NCBI RefSeq assembly: GCF_009914755.1
Contig: NC_060937.1
Length of the DNA stretch: 64,000 nucleotides
Reading direction: 5' to 3' (one strand)
From: the human T2T-CHM13v2.0 reference genome, Homo sapiens
The notes beneath the pieces are model-generated. The model was not told the DNA's origin. It made no database searches and saw nothing but the letters and a program-made list of their open reading frames with translations. Both the position numbers and the translations under genes were made by a program. Below are positions 27,271 through 43,069 of the stretch, one piece after another; positions within the stretch are counted from its first letter, which is position 1, and each line of letters begins with the position of its first letter.

Positions 27271-28684
27271 CTCAACCTCAGTGCAAGAATACTTAACATC
27301 AATACACGGAGTTAAACTCTTCTTCCTATTCTGTCCTAAGGGGAACAGAAGCTAAACTTACTAGGTGTGTGGAATCCTCATGTGTATTTAAAAATCAAGT
27401 GTTATGGGACATACATTTCTAATGGGTTTTATTTGACCTTTAGCTTCACAGCCAGCTGCTGAAGTTAGTGCTGAAAATAGTCCTACCAATATCGTACTCC
27501 AAACATGGAAGAGTGAATTAGGATATTTTTCAAGTGATGATTTCATTCTGTTCTTCAAGTTAAAAATAAAATCTTTTAAGTAGAACCAGCCAGTCTTTGA
27601 GGTGTTCACTAGTAATTTTGCCATTCAAAATTAATTGATGAGAAATGTCCTTTCCATTACTGTTCTTTTATCTTGATGAATTTAATATTTAGGTCTTCTC
27701 TTTTACAGAAATGGGGTTAGTATTAATAGTCATAGAAAAAGATTTTATAATTTCAGTAACATGACACCAATTACTAGCATGTTACTGCATTAAGATAAAA
27801 TTATGACGATGCAGTATTATCCACTTAAATTCTAATTTGAAATGAAAGCCAGGACTTAAGCTGAAAGTAAAGATTGGCTATTTTGAAATAAAATTGAACT
27901 TATTATACGAGAAACATCAATATATTTGGCAAAATTTTTATGATGTTAAAAGGCAAATTATGCCCTAGATAGCTGTAAATATTTCAAACACTCCAACATC
28001 TTTCAAAGGTGTTACAGGCTGAATTAATTTCACATGCATTTATACTCATGTACTCTATCACAGTTGAGGAAAATAGAATAAATATAGAAATTTGTTTTCT
28101 ATAATGGATTTCCAAATTGTACAATGGTGTCCTATTTAAAATGAGATAGAGTTGTTCCTAATTCATGAAAGTGAAGCTCAAGGAGCAGTTTTTCAGAATT
28201 ATCACATTTTGTAAGGCAATGTGTTTAATTTTTCTATATGAAATGTAGCAGTGAACTGATAACTCCTTAAAAAAAGAAGAGCTGTCTGTAAAATGATCGC
28301 TATTTCATCATATTTAATGGTAGCATATATTATCAATTTATTTAATTTTAGGTAATTTTTGTTAATAAAACATCATACAATGTTCTCTTCAATTTTACAA
28401 ATTTCAGAAATACCTTTTATTATGTTAGAATGACGAGAAGATGGCAGACATTTAAAATTTTCCATCCTCTCATACTTTTGAGTATATCTCTGTAGATTTT
28501 AGTTCAACAATATTTTGTATCCACATTGTGCAATGAATTCTTACCATGAAAACTGAAAATATCACCAAGATCTTTGGGAAAATTGAGTCATTAGGGAACA
28601 CAAAACTTGCCTAATTGTGAAAACCACATAAACCTAAATTTATAACTAGACAAAGGGAAGGTAGTATATACAAATTACACAGAC

Positions 28685-28708
28685 ACACACACACACACAC
28701 ACACACAC
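28685..28708. repeat. (CA)n microsatellite
   Basis: Direct reading. Confidence 0.95.
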
Positions 28709-30212
<1,504 letters not shown>

Positions 30213-31034
30213 CACTGTGTGTGTGTGATTTAAGCAAAAATTATTTATCCATGTCTCATCTTATATAATTCATGCCCAAGAGTCATCTTTTAAATCTATT
30301 TTTCATTCTTTTGTCTGTCTCTTTAGTACTCAGAGATGTCAGACTGTTATAATGTCAAATTGAAAAGTATGTGATTTGTTAAAATGCATGTAATTTGTCT
30401 TTTTCTCTATTGCTATGTCTTGATAACAGAATATTTTTATGAATTACTTTCTGATTAGGAGTCTTCTTCTGTGCAGTACTTTTTAAAACTCTGATGCAGA
30501 TTTGCATTCTTCTGTCCGCGATCTAAAACCTTTAACTTGTTTTCCATTTTCTTAATTTATAATTGCCCTAACCAAATAGGCATTTGAAAAACTCCATAGA
30601 GGAGACAGCCTTTGAGTGGAAAAAGTAAGAATTTGGCTTCACTCACTTTCCCCCAGATCAATGAAAATACAATATACATCAGCAATTTAGAACTCTGGGC
30701 AACAAAGTGAGACTCTGTCAAAAAAAAAAAAAAAATTTAAAAACAGTCCTTTCACACAGAGTATGAAAACCTGTAGTAAGAAAAGCTATAGTACTTCCGC
30801 ACAAGGGGTTATTACACAGCAATAAATCGTAGCTATGGTTTTCACAAATTGAAAAGTATCTCTTCAAGAAAGTAAAAAAAAAGTCTACTGACCAGCAGAG
30901 ACAGTGGTTTTTAACATGGGTTATTCCCATTTCTCCTCCCTCCCACCTCATTGATATGGTAGTCATCAAAACTTAACAACCTTACATCCAACAATGAGTA
31001 TTTACCTATTTTGAGTCTCCATTATAAGTACCAT

Positions 31035-32591
31035 TGAGAGGTGACAGCGTGCTGTGCTGGCAGCCGTTGCAGCCCTCACTCGCTCTCTGCGTCTCTTCCG
31101 CCTCAGCGCCCATTCTGGCCGCGCCTGAGGAGCCCTTCAGCCCGCCGCTGCACCATGGGAGCCCTTCTCTAGACTGGCCGAGGCCGGAGCCAGCTCCCTC
31201 AGCTTGCTGGGAGGTATGGAGGGAGAGGCACGGGCGGGAACCGGGGCTGCGCGCAGCGCTTGCGGGCCAGCTGGAGTTCTGGGTGGGCGTGGGCTTGGCG
31301 GCCCGGCACTCGGAGCGGCGGGCCCCGGGGAAGTGAGGGGCTTAGCACCCGGGCCAGCAGCTGCGGAGGGTGCGCCGGTTTCCCCAGCAGTGTTGGCCCA
31401 CCGGCGCTGCGTTTGATTTCTCGCTGGACCTTAGCTGCCTCCCTGCAGGGCAGAGCTCGGGACCTGCAGCCCGCCATGCCTGAGTCTCCCTGCACTGCCC
31501 TGGGCTCCTGCGCCTGAGCCTCCCCAGCGAGTGCCGCCCCCTGCTCCACCGCGCCCGGTCCCATCGACCGCCCAAGGGCTGAGGAGTGCGGGCGCACTGG
31601 GTGGGACTCGCAGGCAGCTCCACCTGCGGCCCCTGTGCCAGATCCACAAGGTGAAGCCAGCTGGGCCCCTGAGTCTAGCGGGGACTTGGAGAACGTTTAT
31701 GTCTCGCTAAGGGATTGTAAATACACCAATCAGCACTCTGTATCTAGCTCAAGGTTTGTAAACACACCAATCAGCACCCTGTGTCTAGCTCAGTGTTTGT
31801 GGATGCACCAATCTGCACTCTGTATCTAGTTAATCTGGTGGGGACTTGGAGAATCTTTATGTCTAGCTAAGGGACTGTGAATGCACCAGTTGGCACTGTG
31901 TATCTAACTCAAGTTTTGTAAATGCACCAATCAGCGCTCTGTGTCTAGCTCAGGGTTTGTAAGTACACCAATGGACACTCTGTATCTAGCTAATCTAGTG
32001 AGGAGGTGGAGAACTTTTTTGTCTAGCTCAGGGATTGTAAAGGCACCAATCAGCACCCTGTCAAAATCAGCTCTCTGTAAAACAGACCAATTGGCTCTGT
32101 GTAAAATGGACCAATCAGCAGGATGTGGGAGGGGCCAGATAAGGGAATAAAAGCAGGCTGCCCTAGCCAGCAGTGGCAACCTAGTCAGGTCCCCTTCTAT
32201 GCTGTGGAAGGTTTGTTTTTTCGCTCTTTGCAATAAATCTTGCTGCTGCTCACTCTTTGGGTCCACACTGCCTTTATGAGCTGTAACACTCACCGGGAAG
32301 GTCTGAGCTTCACTCCTGAAGCCAGCCAGACCACGAACCCACCGAGAGGAAAGAACAACTTCAGATGCGCCACCTTAAGAGCTGTAACACTCACAGCGAA
32401 GGTCTGCAGCTTCACTCCTGAAGCCAGCGAGACCAGGAACCCACCAGAAGGAAGAAACTCTGAACACATCTCAACAACAGAAGGAATAAACTCCAGACAT
32501 GCCGTCTTTAAGAACTGTAACACTCACTGCGAGGGTCTGTGGGTTCATTCTTGAAGTCAGTGAGACCAGCAACCCACCAGTTCTGGACACA
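31035..32591 (+). mobile_element. LTR12C (ERV9) solo LTR
   Basis: Starts tgagaggtgacagcgtgctg and ends ggacaca; 4-bp TSD ccat on both sides; CpG-rich 5' part; ~41-bp tandem CCAAT units. Confidence 0.96.
31720..32180 (+). promoter_or_regulatory. LTR12C enhancer/promoter: eight CCAAT (NF-Y) boxes and AATAAAA TATA-like element
   Basis: CCAAT at about 31726, 31767, 31808, 31927, 31968, 32046, 32087 and 32111; gggaataaaagc at ~32143. Activity is not shown by the sequence. Confidence 0.7.
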
Positions 32592-33999
32592 CCATCACAA
32601 GAGTGCATTTAGAAATTTGATCAAGCTAGAAAATCTCCATTCAAAGGTGTTCTTACTGTTTAATAATTTGGAGTTTAGTTCTGGGATGGGGGATGAGAAT
32701 GCTATCCTCACGTTTTACTAAAAGCATTAATAGTCTGCTGGTTCAGTTAGGGCAAATAAGAGTCTGACCAAACAGTTAAAAGGAAGATCTGGAGAACCAC
32801 GTTACCATGGGGAACTTTGAAAAGCTCTGACAAATTCACGGGGATCTGGAAGTTGACTTGTATGTACACAGCTGTGTGTGCACACAGGAAAGACCTAAGA
32901 AAAAGGAAGGCCCCAGTTACTCACCTCCAGGTGAACTGGAGGCCTTGAACAAGCAGGAAGTGAAAGTTGAGGCTGATTTAACTGCCTGTTTTTCAAAAGT
33001 GTACATATTCCAATAGAATTGATCCCTTGGCTAAAGGTGGAGGACTTTTACATTCTGAAAGATTTTAAGAAAAATGTCTTACCAAAAGACATTTGGCTGA
33101 ACATTAAATTATACTGATCTAATAAACACCATTAGGAAGCCAGTTTTAAAAGAAAAGATACACTTAAGAGAAAATTGGTAGCACAGAACTCAGTGGCTGC
33201 AGATTGCAGACAATATGGACTCTACAGAATTAGTTTAGAAAGTGACCAAAAAAAAAGAAAAAAGAAAAACAACAACAATTACAATCACAGCTAAAACAAC
33301 AAACTGTTATGGGGAAAGAGATCTGATACCATAATTATTCTATTATTTATCCAAAAGTCCACTTTTTAAGAAAAGATAACATAATATGCAAATATTGAAA
33401 ATTATTCTTCACACACAGAAAAAAAAAGTCGCTGAAGGAGATCAGATGATAGATTTAGAGATAAATATTTTAATCACCTCTGATTAACGTGTTCATAAAA
33501 CTAAAGAAAACTATGTAAAAATAATTAAAACAAAGTATGAAACTCTGTTTTACCAAATAGAGCCTATCAACCAATGGATAGAAAATATTTTTAAAAACCA
33601 AATAGAAATTCTGAAGGGCAAAATTAAAATAACTGTAAATAATATTAACTCCAGGAGATTACCAATGTATTTTAACTGGCAGAAGTAAGAACCAGTAAAT
33701 ACAGATTATCCACTTTGGGGAGCCACAGAAAAGGAAGAAAAATAAGCAAAATCTCAGAGACCTGTGGGAAATCATGAAACATACCTAAGTATGGATAGTT
33801 GAAGTCCCAGAATAAGAGGCAATAGTAAAACAATGTTATCATTTATAAGTGATCCTTAATAAGATAAATGGCTGACTTCTTATCAGAAATCATTGGAGTC
33901 AGAAGACAGTGAGATGACATATTAAAATGTGTGGAAGAAAAAGGCTAAGAAATCAAGAATTCCATGTCTAGCAAAACTACCCTTCAAAAATGAAAGGGA

Positions 34000-35014
<1,015 letters not shown>

Positions 35015-35377
35015 ATTTTTAATTTTTTTAATGAAGGAGAAATAAAGACATTCTCACATAAACTAAAATAAAGAAAATCTGTCACCAGAAGTGGTCTTTA
35101 AGAAATTCTAAAGGGAGTCCTTCAGGCTGAAAGAGCCGAATAAATAGCACTGGCAAGGTTAATTACATAGGTAGATATAACTGTAACTGATGTTTTACAC
35201 AATTAGTTACAAAACAGTCTAATGGACTTACAAGGTATAAATCTGCATGTCTAAAGTAGCACAAAGGAGGGGGAAAACATATATCAGAAAAACATTTATA
35301 TGTACTATTGTAATTGTTATTATTAATCTGAATTAGACTTTTTAAAAAGTTAAGATGTGCTTAATATCCTGAGAAAT

Positions 35378-35684
<307 letters not shown>

Positions 35685-36290
35685 TTCCTGAGAAATGACT
35701 TAGAATATGATTAAAACATATAGTTAATAAAAGCAACTTAAAATATACACCAAAAAAAAAAAAAAACACATAACACAAAATAAGGCAGCAATGGAGGAAG
35801 GAAAGGAAAAAAGCATGCCATAGTGAAAAACATAGCATGTAAATAACAAGTAGTTGTAATCAATAACCTATCAATAATTATATTTAATGTAAACTTTTTT
35901 GAGTAAATGCTAAGATTATCAATCTAGATTAAAAGAAAAAAGACAGGCTCCAATTATATGTTGTCTACAAGAGATGCACTTTAGGTTCAGAGACCAATAA
36001 GTTGAAAAGTCTGAATCAACTTAAAAGAATTGAGATATTCAAAGTATTTTCTCTGATTACAATGAAATAAAATTGGAAACTGATAGAAAGAAATTTGGGA
36101 TCTCTGAAAATATTTGGAAAATAACACAGTTCTAAATAACCCTTTTGTTAAAGAAATTACAAGACAAATGAGAACACACCACAGCCAAATTTATGCTATA
36201 TAAATAAGCTGTGTTTGGAGCAAAATTTTTAGCTTTAAATGCTATAAAAAATCTCAATTTAACACACAAATCTGAATTTTCAAATTTAGG

Positions 36291-38004
36291 TGGGCTGGAG
36301 CAAGATGGCAGAATTAAGAGGCTCTATCAATTGTCCTCCCTGCAGGAAGACCAAACTTGACATCTATCTACACAAAAAAAGGAAACTTCATAAGTACCAA
36401 AAATTAGGTGAGTAGTCACTCACAGTACCTGATTATAACTTCATGTTACTGAAAGATACACTGAAGAGAGCAAGAGAGACAGTCTTGAATTGTTGACACC
36501 ATCTCTTCCTCATCCCCTGGCAGTGGCCGCGTGGAAAGAGAGTCTGTATGCTTCAGGAGGCAGAATACAGTGATGGTGAGACTTTGCAGTAAATTCAGTG
36601 CCGCCTTGTTATAGCAAAACCAGGCTATATTTAGCTGATGCCCACCCACAGAAGGAGCATTTAAAACAGCCCTAGCCACACAGAGGGGAGTTGTCCACCT
36701 TAGTTGTTGGAACTTGAGTTCCAGCAAGCCTCACCACATGAGTCCCTGTGCAAACTTGAAAGACAGTCTAGGCCACAAGGACTGCAACTCCTAGGTAAGT
36801 CATAGTGCTGAGCTGGGTTTAGAGCCAATGGACTGTGGTAGGGGGCAGACAACATGCTGAGATACCAGCAACAGCGGCTAAGGGAGTGTTAGTGCCACAT
36901 TTTTCCCAACCCCAACCTGTACAGCTCACAGTTCCAAAAGAGACCCCTTCCTTCTGCTTGAGGAGAGGACAGGGAAGAGCAAAGATGACTTTTTTCTTGC
37001 ATCTTGGATACCAGCTAAGCCATAATAGAATAGGATACCAAGCAAAGTCATGAGGCCCCCATTCCAGGCCCTAGCTCACAGACAACATTTCTGTACACAC
37101 CCTGGGCCAGAAGTGAGCCTGTTACCTAGAAGGGAAGAACCCATTCCTGGCAGGGCCCATCACCTGCTTACTAAAGAGTCCTTGGGCCCTGAATAACCAG
37201 CAGAGATAACCAGGTACTAGGTCATGGGCCTTGGGTGAAACTCTGAAACCTGCTAGCTTCAGGTGGGACACAGCACATACAAAGCTGTGGTGGCTGTGGT
37301 GAGAGACTCTATCTGCTTGAGAAAAGCAAAAGGAAAAGTAAAGCAGTCTTTTTCTTGTACCTTAGGAACTAGCTCAGCAAAAAAACTTGTACCTTAGGAA
37401 CTAGCTCCAGGCCTCGGCAATTGGATAACATTTACAGACCTAGATGTGGGCCAGAAGGGAGCATGCTTCCCTGAACACTGAATCTCAGGCCTGGCAACAT
37501 TACCACAAGCTAACTGAAGAGCTCTTGGGGCTTAAGTGAACACTGACGAAAGCCCGTCAATACTTTCCATGGTCCTGTGCTGGTGGTAGACATGCGGTGA
37601 GCCTCCTCTGCCTGTGGAAAGGAGAGAGAAGAGTGGCAATAACTGCATCTTGTAGTGTGAGTGCCAGCTCAGCAGCAGCACAATAGGATACCAAGTAATT
37701 TTTAAGGTTTTTGGCTCTAGTCCTTGGCTCCTGGATGGCATCACTGGATTCACCTGGGCCTAGGGCAATGCAGAGTACTTTGGGAAGACAAAAATACAAG
37801 TCTATGTGGCTTCTCCACGTTCTGATTGTACAGCCCTAGGACGTTGAGCAAACATAGATGGTAGCCAGTTAGTAGTTACAGTGGGCTTTTGGCAAGATCC
37901 AGTGCTGCACTGGCTTCAGGTCTTAGCCAGTACAGTCCCAGTGGTGGTGGCCACAGGTGTTCTTGTGTCACCCCACCCCTAGCTTCAGTCTACTCAGAAC
38001 AAAG

Positions 38005-38044
<40 letters not shown>

Positions 38045-39042
38045 ATTTGTTTGGGAAAAAGTAAGGGAAGAGAACAAGAGTCTCTGTCTTGTGATCCTGA
38101 GGTTCTTCTGGACCTTATCCATGACCACCAAGGTGGTACCTCTGCAAGACTACAAGAACATGACATTATTGGTCTTAAGGTGCCCCCTAAGCAGATATGG
38201 CTCAGATCACAATGCCCAAGTCCTTTTAAAAACATGGAAAGCCTTCCTATGAAAAACGCGTAAAAATAAGCCCAGACTACAATGACTGCAATAAAGACAT
38301 AACTCTTCAATGCCTGGACACAGATGAACATCTACAAACTTCAATACCATCTGGGAAAACCTGACCTCACCCAAAGGAAATAAAAAAGGTGTCAGGGACC
38401 GATCCTACAGAAACAGAGATATTTTACCCTTAAGACAGAGAACTCAAAATTTTTTTTGCGAAACACAAAGAAATTCAAGATAGCATAAGGAAGAAATTCA
38501 GAATTCTTTCAGATAAATTTAACAAAGAGATTGAAATAATTAAAAAGAATCAAACAGAAACTCTGGAGCTGAAAAATGCAATTGACATACTGAGGTGATC
38601 GGAGTGTTTTAGTAGCAGTATTGATTTAGTGAGCTGGAAGACAGGCTATTTGAAAATATGCAATCATAGGAGATAAAAGAAAAAATAATAAAAAAAATGA
38701 AGCATGCCTACAGGATCTAGAAAATATCCTCAAAAGGACAAATGTAAGAGTAATTGGCCTTAAAAAGGAGGTAGAAAGAGAGATAGTGGTAGGAAGTTTA
38801 TTCAATAACAGAGTACTTTCCAAACCTAGAGAAAGATATCAATATCCAAGCACAAGAATCTTATGGAACACCAAGCGCATGTAACCTAAGAAAGAGTACC
38901 TCAAGGCATTTAATAATCAAATTCCCAAAGGTCAAGGATAAAGAAAGGATCGTAAATGCAGCAAGAGAAAAGGAACAAATAACTTACTATGGAGTTCCAA
39001 TATGTCTGGCAGCAGACTTTCCAGTGGAAACCTTATAGGCCA
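36291..39042 (+). mobile_element. L1MA/L1M1-2-type 5'UTR (internally repeated) and ORF1
   Basis: Starts ggagcaagatggcagaat; repeated 5'UTR units; ORF1 remnant ~38350-39040; (GA)n at 38011-38040. Confidence 0.85.
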
Positions 39043-39285
39043 CTGAAATGTTGATTATGTATTCTGCAACTTTACTAAATTTATCAGTTCTAATTTTTTT
39101 TCTTTTTCTGATGGACTCTTTAGTTTTTTTTCAAATATAAGATCCAATCATCTGCAAACAAGGATAATTTGACTGCTTCCTTTGCAATTTGGATGCCTGT
39201 ATTTCTTTCTCTTGTATGATTGCTCTAGCTAGGGATTCCAGCATTATCTTGAATAACAGTGATGATAGTGGGCATACTTGTTGTA
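39043..39285 (-). mobile_element. L1 ORF2 (RT region) fragment, inverted relative to the adjacent L1 5' part
   Basis: ccaatcatctgcaaacaaggataatttgac is the antisense of the LSLFADD region. Confidence 0.85.
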
Positions 39286-39348
39286 TATATATTTCTTATA
39301 CAGGCATTGTAGACATTCTCTCTAGGTTATCAAAAATCCATTTGTGAC

Positions 39349-39615
39349 CTTCCTCCTCTGTATGTCCATGTGTACCCATTGTTTAGCTACCACTTATAAG
39401 TGAGAGCATGTAGTTTTTGATTTTTTTGTTTCTGAGTTACTGGGGACTCCAAAAAGGGGGAAGTTTTGATGGGGGTGAGGACTGAAAAATTATCTATTGA
39501 GTATGATGTTAACTATTTGGATAATGGATATACTAAAAGCTCAGACGTCACCATTATGCAACATATTCATGTAACAAACCTTCGTGTATACACCCTGAAT
39601 CTGTAAAAAGAAACT
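39349..39615 (+). mobile_element. Short 5'-inverted (twin-primed) L1PB 3' end
   Basis: Antisense 3'UTR part 39349-39440 joined to sense 3' end 39441-39615; flanks gaccttcctc/gacctttcttc. Confidence 0.75.
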
Positions 39616-41007
39616 AAATTGTTTAAAAAGACCTTTCTTCTTACTAGTAGAGACTCGATTTTGCTTACATATAATTATCAAGGAAGTTGTATTGAACTAA
39701 GAGTAAAATTTGAATTGTGAAAACTGGAATCACAAGAACTTGTTTTGTGGTTACAGTACAAGCATACGTACATATTGGTAATAAAATTGGGGAAAAACTG
39801 ACATTTTGAGAATGCTAAACAGAATAGAAAAGTATAACTCATGAGGTTATGACGCTCAAAAGACTGTCAGGATAATAACAACAATAGAGATGAAGTTCAA
39901 AATCTATGGGCTAACAACCGCAGTTAAAGATTGCAGAATAAGGGCATGTTTTACGCTTCTTGATTCTATAACATACAGAAAACAACAAAAGTAGTGTGAA
40001 GGAGATGAAATAATGATACGATCCATGAAAGGTTAAAATCACCACAAAAAATGGTGACAATAATGAAGAATATCTATTATTTGTTTTTAAATCAGGGAGA
40101 ATGAACAACAGTGACTTATAAAAGACTGACAATGTCTTGAAATGTAAATGAACATTTCTAAAAGTCTCAATAAATTATTTAATTCTATATAAAATGATAT
40201 GTTTTAGAAGGAACTGAAAGGGCCACAGGAAGTGGAATACTGTAGTACTATCCCTGTAGTACTATTTCCACATTACCACACTAAAATATGAATGTAACAG
40301 GCTAAGATTAAAATTAAACTACTTAGATATTATATATTTAAATTCTATAATTCATACTTTAAACTTTAAAAAGTCCTTGGAGATGTAAGAGGAAGTTCAG
40401 AATAATCACAGCCATCACCTGCAGCTGCTGATCAAAGTCAGCCATGGTAAGCACAAAATATTTTAAGACCAAAAAAAAGAAAACTGTTATTGTGTTTTCT
40501 CCAATTATTTTCAATAACTTAGAATACTTTTTCATAAAACCTTCTGAATTCTGAGCTTCTGAATTATTTCCTTTCTTTTAAATGGTAATAAAATTAAAGC
40601 TAAGAGGTGTAGAAATAACGTTTCACAAATACTTCTCCATAAATGGAAACACAGATCCTAGAAAAGAAGAGTAGATTTCAAGAAGACACAACATCCGAAA
40701 AGTAAACTGGTAGAGCTCTAAAATACATAAATAAATGAGCAGATAAATTAACAAACTCCAATTATGGGAAATATATCCACAGAACAGACAAAAGTAGAAT
40801 CTAGTAAAAAACAGTCCTGAAGAAAATATTAGATATGAACCATAGACAATTCCATAAATGTAGAATTGGTGTTTCTAAAAAGAAAAAGAGTAAATTATAT
40901 TAAATAGTTTTCCACACATTTTAATATATGCATATATACATATATAATAAACAGGTAAATGTGTTTTTTAAAAAGTTTCTGAGTATAGAAAATCTGCAAA
41001 ATTATTA

Positions 41008-43069
41008 CATATTCATTTCATGAGGCTAATATAACCATGACACTAAGTACTAACAAATACGTAATAAAAACAGAAATTAGGGGCCAAAAATTATTTTTCA
41101 GAAGTCCAAATAACAAAATAATTCTAATAAGATGTTAAAATAAGTAGATAACATGTGGCTTTAGCAAAAATTAAACAGACTGAAATTAACTACTGTTAGA
41201 GCACATACACATAAATGGTCACTTTCATACAATGCTGATAATACTAAAAAATATGCAATGTCACTTAGTAAGGCATTTTAATGTTTTTAAGCAAAAATTC
41301 AAATTAACATTTTTTGCTCTAATTGTGAATATATGGGCACAAAGATTTATATACACAAGGCTTTAAAAGTATCAAATTATTGCTCAGAATCACCTTGGTG
41401 CAAAGCAATAAAAACAATCTGAATATCTATTAATTGGAAAATAGATAAATTACACTACCTACAATCTTAGAATTGTTATTTTAAAACTGTAGGCTCTGTA
41501 TTATATTTGATATATCCAACAAATATTTATGACATGCCAGGCAAGCAAAATAAAAAAAGAACACAGATGAATCTAATGACCAACATGAGATAATATTCCC
41601 AACTCCACTCTGTGAACTTCCTGAGTATTGCTTCATCCTATTCCTCAGGGAAGCCCTCCCCTAAATTCTGTGTTCCTTTTCTATGGCTTACCCATATTCA
41701 CCAAAAATACATTAATACTTTTTTTAACTAAATATAATTTAGTTAAGATTTGGATAGATTAAATTGTTTCACCTTGTGTGGACATATCAAATTTTATCAT
41801 TTTATTCTCTTTAATTATTCCCAGGTTTTTAATGTTATAAATAAATTTATGAAAATTATCATGTATGTTTTCTTGTAAATAAATATGAGGGAATTTCAGG
41901 GATACACCTTTAAGAATAGACTTGCTGGAAGTGGAACGATAGAGTACTTCTGAGCGTGAAATGTAATAACCCTATATGTCAGGATTTAAAAATACTTTTA
42001 AGAATGAAGAAGTTACAGCAACATATTGTTTAATTCCCATCATATATATTTCATATCATAGAAGAAATCTTATCATAAGTTAAATCATCTTTGAACCACT
42101 GAAGAATTACCACAAATCTCCAAATTTGCCAGTTGTAAAGAGGCTCACGAGAACATCTTGCAACTTTCGGGGAATACATATCATGTGCCTTTTTATTTTA
42201 TTTTATTCATTTATTTATTTATTTTGTCAACTTTTTCTTATTATTATTATACTTTAAGTTCTAGGGTACATGTGCACAACATGCAGGTTTGTTACATATG
42301 TATACATGTGCCACGTTGGTGTGCTGCACCCATTAATTCGTCATTTATGTTAGGTCTATCTCCTACAGAGTAAAATGTGTCATGTTCTAACTACTTTAAT
42401 GACACCAAGTTTTTATACCAAAACTTTAAAAAATTGTACAAAGAAAAGTAAATAAATGAAATTGTTTAAATAGACCCAAAGCACTTAATTTTTAGTAATT
42501 CCTCACGGTACAATCTTGCAGATTTTTCACCTGTGCAAAAATAAATTCCCATCGAATTTCATAGTTGAACATTAGTAATAAAACAATAAAGCTTTGAAGA
42601 ATAACACAGGAGAACATATTACTAACACTGGATTAGGCAAAGATTCTGTAAACAAAACAGGTGAAAATGAGAAGCATAAGCTGTGCAACAATTGATTGTT
42701 TATCAAACGAAAGCATTAAAACAGTAAAAATACAATTCAAAATTAAAAAGATATACTCACAATACATATGACAAGGTACTTTTATACAAATTATAGCTTA
42801 GAATCTTCAAACAATTAATAAGAACAAGACTTAGATACTTGCAAAGAGGAAGTATAATTGACCAAATATATATATGCTCTAAGAGTAGTTAATTTCAATC
42901 TTTTTAGTTTTTGCTTAAGCCACATGTTATCTACCTATTCTAACATCTTATTAGAATTATTTTGTCATTTGGACTTCTGAAAAATAATTTTTGGCCCCTA
43001 ATTTCTGTTTTATTACATATTTGTTAGTACTTAGTGTCATGGTTATATTAGCCTCATGAAATGAATATG
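41008..43069. repeat. Inverted repeat pair 41008-41221 / 42859-43069
   Basis: The arms are reverse complements with about 15 differences over ~210 bp (manual count). Confidence 0.92.
42232..42355 (-). mobile_element. L1PA (primate-specific, PA4-7-like) 3' end
   Basis: ttatactttaagttctagggtacatgtgcacaacatgcaggtttgttacatatgtatacatgtgcc. Confidence 0.92.

Noticed and set aside
31720-32120. Regularly spaced repeats resembling a CRISPR array
   Set aside because: These are the ~41-bp tandem enhancer units of LTR12, without unique spacers, in eukaryotic DNA.
31034-32554. Many overlapping ORFs and a CpG-island-like region suggesting a gene start
   Set aside because: Entirely inside LTR12C; GC richness explains the open frames.
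40231-40272. Small direct/inverted repeat, and a 13-mer (tccctgtagtact) shared with 34271
   Set aside because: Matches of this length are expected by chance in 64 kb.
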